A stretch of 64,000 bases of DNA from a candidate division FCPU426 bacterium (GTDB lineage Bacteria > Oederibacteriota > Muellerivitia > Muellerivitales > Muellerivitaceae). The position numbers and the translations under genes are program-made. Location: assembly GCA_963830915.1 (NCBI GenBank), contig CAWHOE010000006.1, positions 1 to 64,000 of the forward strand, given 5' to 3'. The notes under the pieces are model-generated. The model did not search any database. It was not told the DNA's origin and was given only the letters and a program-made list of their open reading frames with translations. This document shows, one piece after another, positions 1 through 10,634 of this stretch. Each line of letters starts with the position of its first letter. Within the stretch, counting starts at the first letter, position 1.

Positions 1-1635
1 ATGGATGGCTTCCATTTCCACTGGAGCGATCTGGACCGTTATTACCATTCCTGGACGCCCTTGAACGTCATCACCCTGATCTTTCCCTGGTTCTTCGGAA
101 AGGTCCAATTCGACCGAATGGGCGATGATTACTGGTGGCAATATCAATTCATCGAGATGCAGGTCGCCTTTTCGATCGTCGGACTATTCTTCATCCTCTT
201 GTTCCTTTCCCATGACGGGGCCTGGCGCCGATGGCTGGGAACGACCGCATTATTCGCGTGTCTGATGGCGCTGGGAAAATTTTTCATCGTTTATCCCTTG
301 CTCCAAAGACTTCCTGTCTTTTCATTTTTTCGGGACCCAGCCCGATACTGGATCCTGGGAACCTGGGCCCTGGGACTGGGGGCAGCTTACGCTTGGGATA
401 TGTGGTTCGGCGGGGATGGTCTTTACCAGATCGGCCGAAAATGGACGCTTCGCCTGGCCGGTATCATCCTTGGTTCCTTAGCCCTGGGCTGGTTTTTCCT
501 GACCCTCGGCAGGTCGCTCCTGACTAGTGCCGCTTACTGGGTCATCCAGCATTGGTTGATCGGCGATCCCGCCCATCCCCAAACCCTCTCATTCTATTTG
601 GACCGTCTCCCGCAAAAGATGGCCGATCTTTCCCACAATCTCGATCCTTTCCAATATAAGGTCGCCTTGCCCGTGATATTCCTGACTTGTGTTTCCTTGA
701 CCGTCTGGTATCGAAAGATTTGGAACCTAACATTCCAAAAAACGCTCCTTCTGGGCTTGGTCCTTGCCGATCTTTTATTCTTTCGTATGCCTCTGGGCCA
801 ATCCTTTTATGACCCAGCCTCCCTGGGTTTCCCCCAGACAACGGCCGCCTTGAACCGGTCACTCCCTTTGATTTCCCAAACGACCTCCCCCCTGCCGAAA
901 CAATATGTGGAAATGTCGATCCCGAACATGAACCTGATCTTGGATCGGGCAACTCTTCCTTTCGACGCCAATCCGCCTCTTGGCCGCTATGATCGGATCC
1001 TTTCCGATCTGGGCTGGTTCTCCTGGGTCTATAAGGACCGAGATCCCTTGGGATTCACTCACCACGTGAAAGAAATGCGGGCCCTGGGTCTGGATCAGAT
1101 CGTCTCGGACAGTCCTTTACCCATCCCGAAGCCTTTCACCCCCGGCCTGAAGGGCGGTCCCTACATCTATAACTTGGCTCCCGTACTGCCCCAAGCCAGC
1201 GTGATGGATCGTTATCGTGTCCTGCCCTGGCCCGATTCGATGAAGGGCATGGAGGAGGATTCCTTCGACCCGATCAAGGAAGCTATTCTGGAAACAGCGC
1301 CCCCTTTCCCTTCCGCTTCCCTGAAAATCCTTCGTACCGTTCGGCCCCAGGTCAGTCTCTGGAGCGATGACCGGGTCGATCTTTCGGTCCAATCACCTCG
1401 GGACTGTCTTTTGGTCCTTCAAAAGACTTTCTTGCCGGGTTGGACCGCCCGGGTGAATGGACGCGCCTTGGCCCCCTTGCGATGCGACATGGTCCTGATG
1501 GCCCTTCCCCTCCCTGCCGGACAGGACCAGGTGGAATTGATCTATCAGCCTCCTTCCTTGAGACTGGGTTTCTTCTTGGTCCTGCTTTTCTCGGCTTTTT
1601 TCATCACCCTATTATTAAGGCGCCTCCCGTCTTGA
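1..1635 (+). CDS. YfhO-like multi-pass membrane protein (GT-C-like); probably 5'-truncated by the window edge
   Basis: Many TM segments, FRDPARY motif, and a C-terminal PGWTARVNG...[17 protein letters not shown] plus a final TM helix, typical of the YfhO family. Confidence 0.7.
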   Translation: MDGFHFHWSDLDRYYHSWTPLNVITLIFPWFFGKVQFDRMGDDYWWQYQFIEMQVAFSIVGLFFILLFLSHDGAWRRWLGTTALFACLMALGKFFIVYPLLQRLPVFSFFRDPARYWILGTWALGLGAAYAWDMWFGGDGLYQIGRKWTLRLAGIILGSLALGWFFLTLGRSLLTSAAYWVIQHWLIGDPAHPQTLSFYLDRLPQKMADLSHNLDPFQYKVALPVIFLTCVSLTVWYRKIWNLTFQKTLLLGLVLADLLFFRMPLGQSFYDPASLGFPQTTAALNRSLPLISQTTSPLPKQYVEMSIPNMNLILDRATLPFDANPPLGRYDRILSDLGWFSWVYKDRDPLGFTHHVKEMRALGLDQIVSDSPLPIPKPFTPGLKGGPYIYNLAPVLPQASVMDRYRVLPWPDSMKGMEEDSFDPIKEAILETAPPFPSASLKILRTVRPQVSLWSDDRVDLSVQSPRDCLLVLQKTFLPGWTARVNGRALAPLRCDMVLMALPLPAGQDQVELIYQPPSLRLGFFLVLLFSAFFITLLLRRLPS

Positions 1636-1711
1636 GCCTAAGGCCCGCCCAGCCTTACAATGCCTCCCTGTTCGCTATCCGTCCCCCATTCCCTCACTGA
1701 AAGGCAGACCC

Positions 1712-3397
1712 ATGAAAAAGATCGACCTGAAACATCGCTCCAACATGATGACCCAGGGGGACAAAAGGGCCCCTAACCGCGCCATGCTTCGGGCGGTCGG
1801 ATTCCAAGACGAGGATTTCAAGAAACCTATCATCGGCATCGCCTCGGCCTGGAGCGAGGTCACCCCCTGCAACATCCATATCAACGAGCTGGCCGAAAGG
1901 GTCAAAGGCGGAGTCCAATCGGCCTCGGGGTTCGGCCAGATCTTCGGGACCATCACGGTCGCGGACGGCATCGCCATGGGCCACGAGGGTATGAAGTTCT
2001 CCCTGGTCTCCCGCGAGGTCATCGCCGATTCGGTGGAGGTGGTCTCCTCGGCCGAGCGCTTCGACGGCCTGGTGGCCATTGGGGGCTGCGACAAAAACAT
2101 GCCGGGCTGTCTGATGGCCATGGGGCGTTTGAACATCCCCGCGGTTTTCGTTTACGGCGGCACCATCCTGCCGGGCAAATGCGACGGCAAGGACATCGAC
2201 ATCGTCTCGGTGTTCGAAGCGGTCGGCAAATACTCCGCCGGACAGATCGACAAGTCCAAGCTCGATGAGATCGAGAAGAACGCCTGCCCCGGCCCCGGTT
2301 CCTGCGGCGGTATGTACACGGCCAACACCATGGCCTCGGCCATCGAGGCCCTCGGCATGGCCCTTCCCCACGACTCCTGTCAACCCGCGGTGGGCGAGCC
2401 CAAACGGCTCCTGTGCGACCGCGCCGGGCAAGCGGTGGTGGAACTGATCAAGAAGGATATCCGGCCCAAGGACATCATGACCAAGAAGGCCTTCGAGAAC
2501 GCCATCACGGTGGTCATGGCCTTGGGCGGCTCCACCAACGCGGTGCTTCACCTGATCGCCATCGCCAAGTCCATCGGGGTCAAGCTCACCCTGGACGATT
2601 TCGACCGTATCGGGGACAAGGTTCCCCACCTGGCGGACCTGAAACCCAGCGGCAAGTACGTGGCGGCTGACCTGGACCGGATCGGCGGGATACCAGCGGT
2701 CATGAAGATGCTGTTCGACGCCAAGATGATCCATGGCGATTGTATGACCGTGACCGGAAGGACCGTGGCCCAGAACCTCAAACTGGCCGCTCCCCTTTCC
2801 AAGAACCAGCCCATCATCCATTCCCTGGAAAGACCCCTTTACCCGACCGGGCCCATGGTCATCATGAAAGGCAACCTGGCCCCGGAAGGGGCGGTCGCCA
2901 AGATCTCGGGGTTGAAAGTGGTCGTTCACAAGGGTCCCGCCAAGGTCTATGACGGGGAAGAAGCCGCTTTCGCGGCCATCGAGAAGCGTCAGATCAAGGC
3001 TGGGGACGTGGTGGTCATCCGTTACGAGGGGCCACGAGGGGGTCCGGGCATGAGGGAAATGCTGGCCATTACTTCCGCCCTGGTGGGCCAGGGTCTGGGC
3101 GAAAAGGTGGGATTATTGACGGACGGCCGTTTTTCTGGCGGGACCCATGGCTTGGTCGTGGGTCACGTCGCTCCCGAGGCCCAGACGGGGGGGCCCATCG
3201 GCCTGATCAAGAATGGCGACCTGATCACTATCGACGCCAATAAGAAAAAACTGGAATTGCATGTTTCTTCGGCCGAACTGAAGAAACGCAAGAAAGCCTG
3301 GAAACCCCATAAGAACCCCTATCCTAAGGGGGTCCTGGCGAAATACGCTTATTTGGTCTCTTCCGCTAGTGAGGGTGCGGTAACCGACGAGTTTTAG
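1712..3397 (+). CDS. ilvD: Dihydroxy-acid dehydratase
   Basis: Motifs [59 protein letters not shown]. Confidence 0.97.
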   Translation: MKKIDLKHRSNMMTQGDKRAPNRAMLRAVGFQDEDFKKPIIGIASAWSEVTPCNIHINELAERVKGGVQSASGFGQIFGTITVADGIAMGHEGMKFSLVSREVIADSVEVVSSAERFDGLVAIGGCDKNMPGCLMAMGRLNIPAVFVYGGTILPGKCDGKDIDIVSVFEAVGKYSAGQIDKSKLDEIEKNACPGPGSCGGMYTANTMASAIEALGMALPHDSCQPAVGEPKRLLCDRAGQAVVELIKKDIRPKDIMTKKAFENAITVVMALGGSTNAVLHLIAIAKSIGVKLTLDDFDRIGDKVPHLADLKPSGKYVAADLDRIGGIPAVMKMLFDAKMIHGDCMTVTGRTVAQNLKLAAPLSKNQPIIHSLERPLYPTGPMVIMKGNLAPEGAVAKISGLKVVVHKGPAKVYDGEEAAFAAIEKRQIKAGDVVVIRYEGPRGGPGMREMLAITSALVGQGLGEKVGLLTDGRFSGGTHGLVVGHVAPEAQTGGPIGLIKNGDLITIDANKKKLELHVSSAELKKRKKAWKPHKNPYPKGVLAKYAYLVSSASEGAVTDEF

Positions 3398-3413
3398 ACC
3401 TAAATTTTTAAAC

Positions 3414-3448
3414 AAAAAAACCGTCCCTGAGAACAGGGGCGGCTTTTT
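3414..3448 (+). terminator. Intrinsic terminator after ilvD (possibly bidirectional)
   Basis: A-tract, CCGTCCCTG-AGAA-CAGGGGCGG hairpin, then CTTTTT. Confidence 0.75.
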
Positions 3449-3457
3449 GATTGGGGC

Positions 3458-3493
3458 AAAAAAAATCGGGTGGACTCGAAAGCCCACCCGATC
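3458..3493 (-). terminator. Intrinsic terminator of the small Ala/Lys-rich gene
   Basis: ATCGGGTGG...CCACCCGAT stem next to an A-run (a U-tract on the - strand). Confidence 0.7.
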
Positions 3494-3545
3494 ATTAAAG
3501 TTTCAGACCCGAAGGCCTGAAACCATCACTGACTTGGCGCCTAAA

Positions 3546-3761
3546 TTACTTGGCGGCCGGAGTCGTGGCGGCAGCCGGAGCAGCAGCGGCAGCGGCGGCC
3601 TTGGCCTTCTTGGCCTTCTTGGCTTTCTTAGCCTTCTTCACCTTCGCAGGCGCAGCGGCAGCAGCCGGGGTAGCGGCAGGAGCAGCAGCCTCATCAGCCA
3701 AGACCACTCCAGTGGCTCCCATGAACAACACGGTCATCAAAGCAACGATAAAACGCTTCAT
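3546..3761 (-). CDS. Small exported Ala/Lys/Pro-rich protein (71 aa; Asr- or histone-H1-like composition)
   Basis: ATG at 3761 follows AAGGAGGG; signal peptide MKRFIVAL...VLA; KKAKKAKKAK core flanked by AAAPAA. Confidence 0.75.
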   Translation of the reverse strand: MKRFIVALMTVLFMGATGVVLADEAAAPAATPAAAAAPAKVKKAKKAKKAKKAKAAAAAAAPAAATTPAAK

Positions 3762-3925
3762 TAAAACCCTCCTTGAATTAAAAATAGCGGATTCACCGCT
3801 ATTTTCTAAAACACCCACCGGCTCCCGGCAAATGAATGCCAGACCGATTAAAGCCGGTATTCTAAGCACAGTTTTCTGATAATTCAACTTTTTTCAGAGT
3901 ACCGTTATTACTGATATTGAGGTTT

Positions 3926-4867
3926 TTAAGCCTTTTTCCCTGACAAAGATTGCCAGGCGAGGCAGGCGGCCCCAACAACTCCCATATTGTCACCTAGTTT
4001 CGCCATTTTGAACTTGATCCCCTTGAGATGGGATTTGAAGCAACGCTGATTCAATTCGCGCATCATGGGTTTGAGCAATAGGTCTCCCGCGGCCGAAACC
4101 CCGCCGCTGAAGATGATGACTTCAGGGTTCAACAGATGGATGGCGGTGGTCAATCCGACCCCGAGCATCTCACCCGCCTTTTGATAGACCTTCAAGGCCC
4201 TTCGGTCGCCCTTTTCGGCCATGACCTGGAATGTATGCGCCTCCAATTTTGCGCCGGGAGGAGGTTTAAGACCCGCCTCCTGGGCCATCCGGACGATCCC
4301 GGTGGCCGATACATATTGTTCCAAGATGCCGCTGTTGCCATAAGGCGCCTTGGGACCTTTAGGGTCCACCACGATATGACCGATATGGTTGCTTACGCCC
4401 CAGGCTCCCTCGAATATCTTTCCATTGAGGATCAGTCCTCCTCCCACTCCCGTACCCAGGGTCAGACAGAGGACCACATCAACTCCTTTGCCTGCCCCGA
4501 CCCAGGTTTCCCCGAGCGCGGCCAGGTTGGCGTCATTCTCAAGCGCGACTTTTTTATGGAGCTTTTTATGGAGGAAATCCACGATCTTGACGTTATGCCA
4601 GTTCAAGTTCGGGGTATAGATGATCACGCCCTTTTTGGGATCGAGGGGTCCAGGTGATCCCACACCGACCGCCAAATGGGACGCCCAGGGCAGTCCGCTA
4701 TTGACGCTGGCCGCATGGACGCTTTCGGCGATCCGAAGCATGACGCCCTTCGCGCCCAGATTCTTCAGCGTAGGTCTTTTATCCTTGCCCAGGACCTTGC
4801 CTTTTTGGTCGACCACCGCCGAGACGATATTGGTCCCTCCCAGATCCACGCCGATGACTGATTTCAA
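3926..4867 (-). CDS. ROK-family sugar kinase (glucokinase-like)
   Basis: GVDLGGTN, GVGSPGP, LENDAN, TLGTGVGGG motifs; TTG start at 4867 follows GGAGG. Confidence 0.9.
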   Translation of the reverse strand: MKSVIGVDLGGTNIVSAVVDQKGKVLGKDKRPTLKNLGAKGVMLRIAESVHAASVNSGLPWASHLAVGVGSPGPLDPKKGVIIYTPNLNWHNVKIVDFLHKKLHKKVALENDANLAALGETWVGAGKGVDVVLCLTLGTGVGGGLILNGKIFEGAWGVSNHIGHIVVDPKGPKAPYGNSGILEQYVSATGIVRMAQEAGLKPPPGAKLEAHTFQVMAEKGDRRALKVYQKAGEMLGVGLTTAIHLLNPEVIIFSGGVSAAGDLLLKPMMRELNQRCFKSHLKGIKFKMAKLGDNMGVVGAACLAWQSLSGKKA

Positions 4868-4945
4868 TCTTGTTCCTCCAAGGATAGGTTTTGATGGGCG
4901 CAACTTTTTTATTATCTAAAATAACCTACTTGAGGAAAACGAAAA

Positions 4946-6553
4946 TCAGCGGGATTTTGACGATAGTTGGAAGGCCCGATAATCGATCCAGGGGAATAGG
5001 TTGTCCCTTTTCCCTAAATCTCCCAACATTTCCTTGTTTATCCTGCGGGTCTTTATTTGGTCATAAAGGTTATCAAACCTCTCCAGGTGGGTCCGGACCC
5101 GCCCCTGCGCGTAAGCCTTAAAATGGCCGGTTTTCATCATGAAAGCCCAGTCGCTGGCCTGGGCCAGAAGAAGTTCCCGAGCGGCCTGATCCAGGGCCGA
5201 TCGCATGGTTCCCCGGGCCGAGGGAAAAAGAACCGTCAATTCCATCATCTTGTCGCAAGCCTTGGTCAAGAGGGGATAGATCCAGTCATTGGTCTCATTG
5301 AGCCAGAAATTCGAATAGCCGCCAAAGCCCCAGGATGAGGTACTGGGTTCGACTGTTTGAAGTTCTGGCTGAAGGTCTAGGACCTGGGAAGGGGTCTTGA
5401 ATTGGATGGCCAAGTTTTCCTGATGATTGATCTCGAACAGGCTCTTGAGGAATTCGGGACCCTCGTACCACCAATGGCCGAACAACTCGGCGTCGTACAT
5501 GCAAACGATGGAGGGCAGCCGGTCCATGCTTTTCCCGATGCCATCCATTTGCCTTTGGCGCTTGAACAGGAAATCCCTCGCGTGTTCCTTTACCTTGGCC
5601 AGGGCCTTCTCCGGCTGATAGGGTTCCTTGGGGGCTTCCCCGCCCGTCACCCGGTAATATTTCAACCCCGTGAAACGCCGGACGCCCTCGGGCCGAACGT
5701 AGGGCAAAAGGTATTCCTCTCCCAGGTCCCAGCCCACGTCCCGGTAGAATTCCCGGTAATCAGGGTCGCCCGGATATCCTTCCTTGGAACTCCAAACTTC
5801 CTTGGAGCTTTCGGCGTCCCTAGCGAAGACCGATATGCCCGAGGCGCATCGGACTGGGGCAAAACTGCCGAACTTGGCCTGGGGACGGCTGTGGAGCAGA
5901 CCGTGTGTATCCAAAAGGAAATACCGAAGGCCATGGTCTTTCAGGACCTGGTCCAGACCGGGGATGAACCCGCATTCGGGAAGCCAGAAACCCTCGGGCC
6001 CGCTCCCGAACACTTCCCTGTACGCCTTCAGGGCGACTTCCATCTGGGCATTCACGGCCGACTGCCGAACCGAGAGGAGGGGTAAATAACCATGGGTCGC
6101 CGCGCAGGCCATGATCTCCAGGTTCCCCGTTCTTTTCAGCTTCTTCAGGCCCCGGGTGATGTCCCGTTGATACTCCTTTTCGAATTTCTTCCGAAAATGT
6201 CCCAGCTTGGTCCGGTACATCTGAACGACCGGTTGGAAGTCGGGCAATGGCGCGACCCTTTCCCATTCCTTCTCGCAGAGTTCCGAAAGATCGTCCATAT
6301 ACCTCAAGGTTCTCTCTTGAAGCAACGTGTCTTGCCACATGGCCAAAAGGGTCGGAGAGATCGACAGGGTAGCTTTGTACGGTATTTTTTTTCGGGTCAG
6401 GTCCTCGAACACATCCAACAGTGGCAGGTAGGTCTCCAGGACGGCCTCAAAGAGCCATTGCTCCTCGAGGAAATACTCATGTTCGGGGTGGCGGACAAAG
6501 GGCAGGTGGCAATGCAGGACGAACGAAAGATGGCCGGCAGAAGTTGGATTCAA
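4946..6553 (-). CDS. GH57 / DUF1957 1,4-alpha-glucan branching enzyme-like protein
   Basis: LHCHLPFV, ATHGYLPL, FWLPECG, YDAELFGHWWYEG, LLLAQASDW motifs. Confidence 0.92.
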   Translation of the reverse strand: MNPTSAGHLSFVLHCHLPFVRHPEHEYFLEEQWLFEAVLETYLPLLDVFEDLTRKKIPYKATLSISPTLLAMWQDTLLQERTLRYMDDLSELCEKEWERVAPLPDFQPVVQMYRTKLGHFRKKFEKEYQRDITRGLKKLKRTGNLEIMACAATHGYLPLLSVRQSAVNAQMEVALKAYREVFGSGPEGFWLPECGFIPGLDQVLKDHGLRYFLLDTHGLLHSRPQAKFGSFAPVRCASGISVFARDAESSKEVWSSKEGYPGDPDYREFYRDVGWDLGEEYLLPYVRPEGVRRFTGLKYYRVTGGEAPKEPYQPEKALAKVKEHARDFLFKRQRQMDGIGKSMDRLPSIVCMYDAELFGHWWYEGPEFLKSLFEINHQENLAIQFKTPSQVLDLQPELQTVEPSTSSWGFGGYSNFWLNETNDWIYPLLTKACDKMMELTVLFPSARGTMRSALDQAARELLLAQASDWAFMMKTGHFKAYAQGRVRTHLERFDNLYDQIKTRRINKEMLGDLGKRDNLFPWIDYRAFQLSSKSR

Positions 6554-6581
6554 GGACGACCCAGCCTTGCTTTTTGTTCCT

Positions 6582-7328
6582 TCAGAAATGCGAAGCCGCG
6601 TGACGTCCCAGGTTGAATTTTTTCCTCTCGCCTAACTTTCCCTTGGGGGGAAAAGAAGCGGAGAAAACCTTTTTCTCTGGCTCAAAAGCCTCTTCGATGA
6701 TCTCCTCGGAGAAGTACTCCTGGATACCCGGAGGTGGCTCCCATTGGGGGTCGGCGGCGGAAACAGCCGGGGATTGCCACTGGATGCCGGTCTGGATGGG
6801 GTTGGATCGGGCGATCGGGACGAAACGGCCCGACAGGGTCTTTTGGCCGATCTCGATGAAATAACTGCCGCCCTTCTCGACCAGGTCCACATAGCGGTTC
6901 ATCTCGCCCGGCTCGACCTTCACTTCGTACAAAAGCTCCGATTTGCCGCCCTCCACCGTGCGGAATACCCTTAGGACCATGGAACTGCCGTGGTACTCGT
7001 CCATCAATTCCCTTTTGACCTCTTCCATCCTTTCGGGGGTGACTTCCCAGTAGGTGAAGATGCACTGGGGGTCCCGGACGAAGGCGATCATTTGGGTCTG
7101 TCCGAAGCGGGGCATCTTGACCAGTTTGCTGTTCAAGGTCTTAGGCAGCTTGGCGGTGGGGACCGTGGTTTTTTCAGCCTTGGTTGAGCGGGTCTTGGGG
7201 GCGGCGCTCCTTTTCACTCGCGGGGTCGCGCTCTTGGCGCGGGTCTTCTTTTCGCCGGAGGCCTTGGGAGCGGCGGCCTTCTTGGCCTTAGGCTTCTTTT
7301 CGGTTTCTTCTTTTTTCTTGCGTGGCAT
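6582..7328 (-). CDS. DUF4912-domain protein with a basic Lys/Ala-rich N-terminus
   Basis: VRDPQCIFTYWE...YFIEIG...IARSN pattern; the usual neighbour of GH57 branching enzymes. Confidence 0.75.
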   Translation of the reverse strand: MPRKKKEETEKKPKAKKAAAPKASGEKKTRAKSATPRVKRSAAPKTRSTKAEKTTVPTAKLPKTLNSKLVKMPRFGQTQMIAFVRDPQCIFTYWEVTPERMEEVKRELMDEYHGSSMVLRVFRTVEGGKSELLYEVKVEPGEMNRYVDLVEKGGSYFIEIGQKTLSGRFVPIARSNPIQTGIQWQSPAVSAADPQWEPPPGIQEYFSEEIIEEAFEPEKKVFSASFPPKGKLGERKKFNLGRHAASHF

Positions 7329-7535
7329 AAGGTACCTCGAGCGATATGGATAACCTAACTATGCTCTATCATTTATCCGTAATAAGCAAGAACGTATATG
7401 ATTCAAGTCACAGGATGGTTAATTGTTGAGGATATCAAAACGTTTTCGGGTTCTCGTTCGGTCAACAGACCCTCCACATCCTCGACCCAGGTTCCACGGG
7501 CGGGGTTTTCCCTGGAAGAATGGTTTAGAAGGGGA

Positions 7536-8186
7536 TCAATACCCGAAGTTATCCGCGTAGATCGTGCCAGGAGAGGAAAATACGGCGCTTCCTGAACCGG
7601 CGATCTGTAGACCGGTTTCATATATTTTTGTCAGGTCGGGCGGTGTGGCGGTCACATAGCCAGGAGCGGCCGTATCAAAAACCACTTGGATCCAGCGATC
7701 GGCCGACAAATTTACCAACGTCGCGTTCGCGTAATTATAGGATGTGTCCTTGATGAAAAGTTGCGCCCCAATTTTGTTCGGGGAGGTCACGATGCCTGAT
7801 TTCCAATATACCCACATCGAAAGCGATCGATTGGTCAGATCGATCACTGTGACCGGTCCGTTGAAGGTGGTATGGACGGAATAGGCCGTCAAGGGATAGG
7901 TCACCCCGCCGCTGGCGACCTGGTAAGGAACTGGTATTTCCAACGAGTAATTTCCCCCGAATACGGTCTGGCTCTCCACGGACAAGGCCGGAGCCACGAG
8001 CAAGGGGAAAGGGCTGGAATAATCGAAGACCCAGTTCCCGACCGTGCCGTCCTCGAAGGTGCTGAATAAAGTCGGCGGATTGTACAGAGGGCTCAAGGGA
8101 GCGGTGGATGTCTTGCCGCATCCCCCGAGAAAGGGCAGTCCCAGAAGGGCCAAGACCCCGATCGCTAACCTGAATTTATTTTCCAT
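7536..8186 (-). CDS. Lipoprotein consisting of one CBM-like beta-sandwich
   Basis: ATG overlaps the upstream stop (TAATG); lipobox LGGC; module runs FEDGTVGNW...DLT...YADNF. Confidence 0.75.
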   Translation of the reverse strand: MENKFRLAIGVLALLGLPFLGGCGKTSTAPLSPLYNPPTLFSTFEDGTVGNWVFDYSSPFPLLVAPALSVESQTVFGGNYSLEIPVPYQVASGGVTYPLTAYSVHTTFNGPVTVIDLTNRSLSMWVYWKSGIVTSPNKIGAQLFIKDTSYNYANATLVNLSADRWIQVVFDTAAPGYVTATPPDLTKIYETGLQIAGSGSAVFSSPGTIYADNFGY

Positions 8187-10573
8187 TATTTTCCCTCCGC
8201 TAACGCGTTGGCTTCCAAGGCGAAGATATTGCACAGTTCCGTCTGTTCCGAGGTGAACTCGTTCCCGTCACCCTTGAACCCAGGCTCGCTGATCATCCAG
8301 TAATTGGTCCCGTTGCCCCCGGCCTTGTAAAAGGTCTGGACCATGTCGTAGACCCACACAGGCTTGTCGTATTTGGGTTTGTTCCCGCTGATGCCGAACT
8401 CCTCCATGACGACCGGCTTCTTCAACAGGGCGTGGCAGTCCCTCACATAGGCCTCGATGACCGCCTTGGTGGTGGTCCAGTTCCAAAGATAGTTGTCGTC
8501 CGCGGGGTAAAGATGGTACACCGCGAAGTCGATGGAAGGTCCCTGGTGGACCGATATGAAATCGCTCCCCGAGTACTGGGTTCCGTTCTCCGCCCTCAAT
8601 CCTTCCGAGCCTGTCGTGACCAGCTGGTGGATGCCCTGGGTCTTCAGGAAACCCGCCATCTCCTCGGCCCAGGCCGCCAGCACCCGTCCCGTGGGGTCCC
8701 GCTCGTACCTCGGCTCGTTCATCAGGTCCCAGGCCATAATGGTCGGGTCGTCCTTGTAGGCGGTCTTGGTCACCGTGTTCACCCGGTTCACCAGCATGGC
8801 CATATAGTCCTTGAATGCCTTCTTGATCTCCGGCTTGTCGAAGAAATCGTTCTTTTCATGGGACCCGAAATACTGCACCCACATGGGAGCGCCGCCGAAA
8901 TCGGTCCAGTTGTTGGAAAGGCACAGGATCAGCCGCAAGTGATGTTTGGAAGCGTCAGCCACCAGCCGGTCCAGGTCCTGAAGGTTCTCCTCCACATATT
9001 GGCCCGGGCCCAGCACGAAATAACGACGCTTCTCCCAATCAGGGAAGGTCTTCTTGTTGGTTTCGCCGTAAGCCCAGGTCCGGATGACGGTCAGGCCCAG
9101 TTTCTCCGCCGTCCCCAGCACATATTCCACTGTCTTGGGCTCGGCGTAATGAAGTTCGTAACTGTTGGTCCCCACATACCGGAAGATCTTGTCGCCGTCG
9201 TAGAAATTCGTACCTTTGACCGTGATGAAGTTATTGGACCTCTTGTTGGAATCCGCCAAGACCGGGACCAACTCGGGGGCCGTGAAGGACATTCGGTTGG
9301 AAAGGGTCGCCTTGCCTGTCCCATCCACCGCCTTCACCTGGTAGGCGTAGGACTCCCCGGCCCTTAAGTGTTCCAGCACGATGGATTGTTCCGCCTTGGC
9401 GTCCTGGGTCAGGACCGTCTCCTGGCTCAACACACCCTTGGGTCCGTAATGCACCGAAACCTTGGCGGGGCTGTTGAGGGACGCCGATATCCTCACCGAG
9501 GCTTCCTGGATCAGCGTGGGCTTGCCCTCGGGCGCGGCTTTCACGTCCTTGAACATCTCCCCCGGCAGGCTGGCCGGCTGGCCCGATAGGGAGGCCAGGA
9601 CGGTCTTCAGGGAATCGGCCTCGCCCGTCTTGTCCAACAGGTCGGGCAGGGTCACCACTCCGCCCGCCGAGCCCTTGGCCCAGGCCGAGGCGTATTGGGA
9701 TTCGCTCAAGCCCGCCACCGGCTTGCCGGCTTGTTGGGCCACTTGGATGGGGTAAGGGACTTTCTGTCCCGGCACGGCCCGCAACAGGATCAGGTCGATC
9801 CCCGGATCTCCCGCGCATTGGGCCGCGGCGATCCCAGGCGACTGGGCCCAGAGGGTCAAGGCGACGAACTGTCCCGGCGCCAAGGACTTGACCTGGGCGG
9901 ACATGATGCTGACCCACCGGTTGAACTGGTCTCCCTCGTCGCCCTTGTTCGTCGGTGAATCCATCAGGTCCCAGGCCAGGATGGCCGGTTCCTGGTTATA
10001 AGCCACACCCGTCACCGTATTCTTACGTGTTAAGAGGGCTTTCACGAAATCTTGATAGTAACCTTTGCATTTATAGTCGAAGAAGAACACGTTGGGATTG
10101 CCGCTTCCCGCCCAGGCGGCGTACTCGGCCTTGCCGCCATCCGGCGATTGGTCCGCGGATAAGCTCAGGACCAGTTTCAAGCCGTCCGCTTTCGCCAGGG
10201 CCACCATCTGGTCCACCTTGGCCAATTCAGCCTCATCGTATTGGCTCGGTCCCTTCTGCAGGGCCGTCCCGGTGAGCGAGAAGGCGTTGGTCTTGACCAC
10301 CGAGGCCCCGGAAAGTTTCACCTGGTCGAAAAAGGCCTTCAAGGCCTGGGAGGACTGGTGGAACAACCCCCGTTTTTCCACGCCGGTGAGGATGAAAGGC
10401 TTGCCGTCCCGTGTCAGGAACAGTCCCTGGACGCTGATCCCGTTGGAGACCGCCGCGACCGGGGTGGGAGTGGCCGCCGCCTTCTTTTTTTTCTTGGCCA
10501 GGGCCAGCCCCGGCGTCAACAACACCGCCGCCAGGATGATCAATAAGGCTTTTCTATATTGGATGATTCTCAT
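8186..10573 (-). CDS. Secreted tandem GH5 protein: degenerate GH5 + FN3-like + intact GH5 (beta-mannanase-like)
   Basis: Signal peptide; C-terminal domain has YVGTNSY, IRTWAY, NNWTDFGG, WDLMNEPR, MEEFG; N-terminal copy has WDLMDSP. Confidence 0.85.
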   Translation of the reverse strand: MRIIQYRKALLIILAAVLLTPGLALAKKKKKAAATPTPVAAVSNGISVQGLFLTRDGKPFILTGVEKRGLFHQSSQALKAFFDQVKLSGASVVKTNAFSLTGTALQKGPSQYDEAELAKVDQMVALAKADGLKLVLSLSADQSPDGGKAEYAAWAGSGNPNVFFFDYKCKGYYQDFVKALLTRKNTVTGVAYNQEPAILAWDLMDSPTNKGDEGDQFNRWVSIMSAQVKSLAPGQFVALTLWAQSPGIAAAQCAGDPGIDLILLRAVPGQKVPYPIQVAQQAGKPVAGLSESQYASAWAKGSAGGVVTLPDLLDKTGEADSLKTVLASLSGQPASLPGEMFKDVKAAPEGKPTLIQEASVRISASLNSPAKVSVHYGPKGVLSQETVLTQDAKAEQSIVLEHLRAGESYAYQVKAVDGTGKATLSNRMSFTAPELVPVLADSNKRSNNFITVKGTNFYDGDKIFRYVGTNSYELHYAEPKTVEYVLGTAEKLGLTVIRTWAYGETNKKTFPDWEKRRYFVLGPGQYVEENLQDLDRLVADASKHHLRLILCLSNNWTDFGGAPMWVQYFGSHEKNDFFDKPEIKKAFKDYMAMLVNRVNTVTKTAYKDDPTIMAWDLMNEPRYERDPTGRVLAAWAEEMAGFLKTQGIHQLVTTGSEGLRAENGTQYSGSDFISVHQGPSIDFAVYHLYPADDNYLWNWTTTKAVIEAYVRDCHALLKKPVVMEEFGISGNKPKYDKPVWVYDMVQTFYKAGGNGTNYWMISEPGFKGDGNEFTSEQTELCNIFALEANALAEGK

Positions 10574-10634
10574 GAACCCAACCTTTTCGCGTAATGGTCC
10601 TGCCCTGAGCCGCTCACCGGCCCCGGATAGGCTG

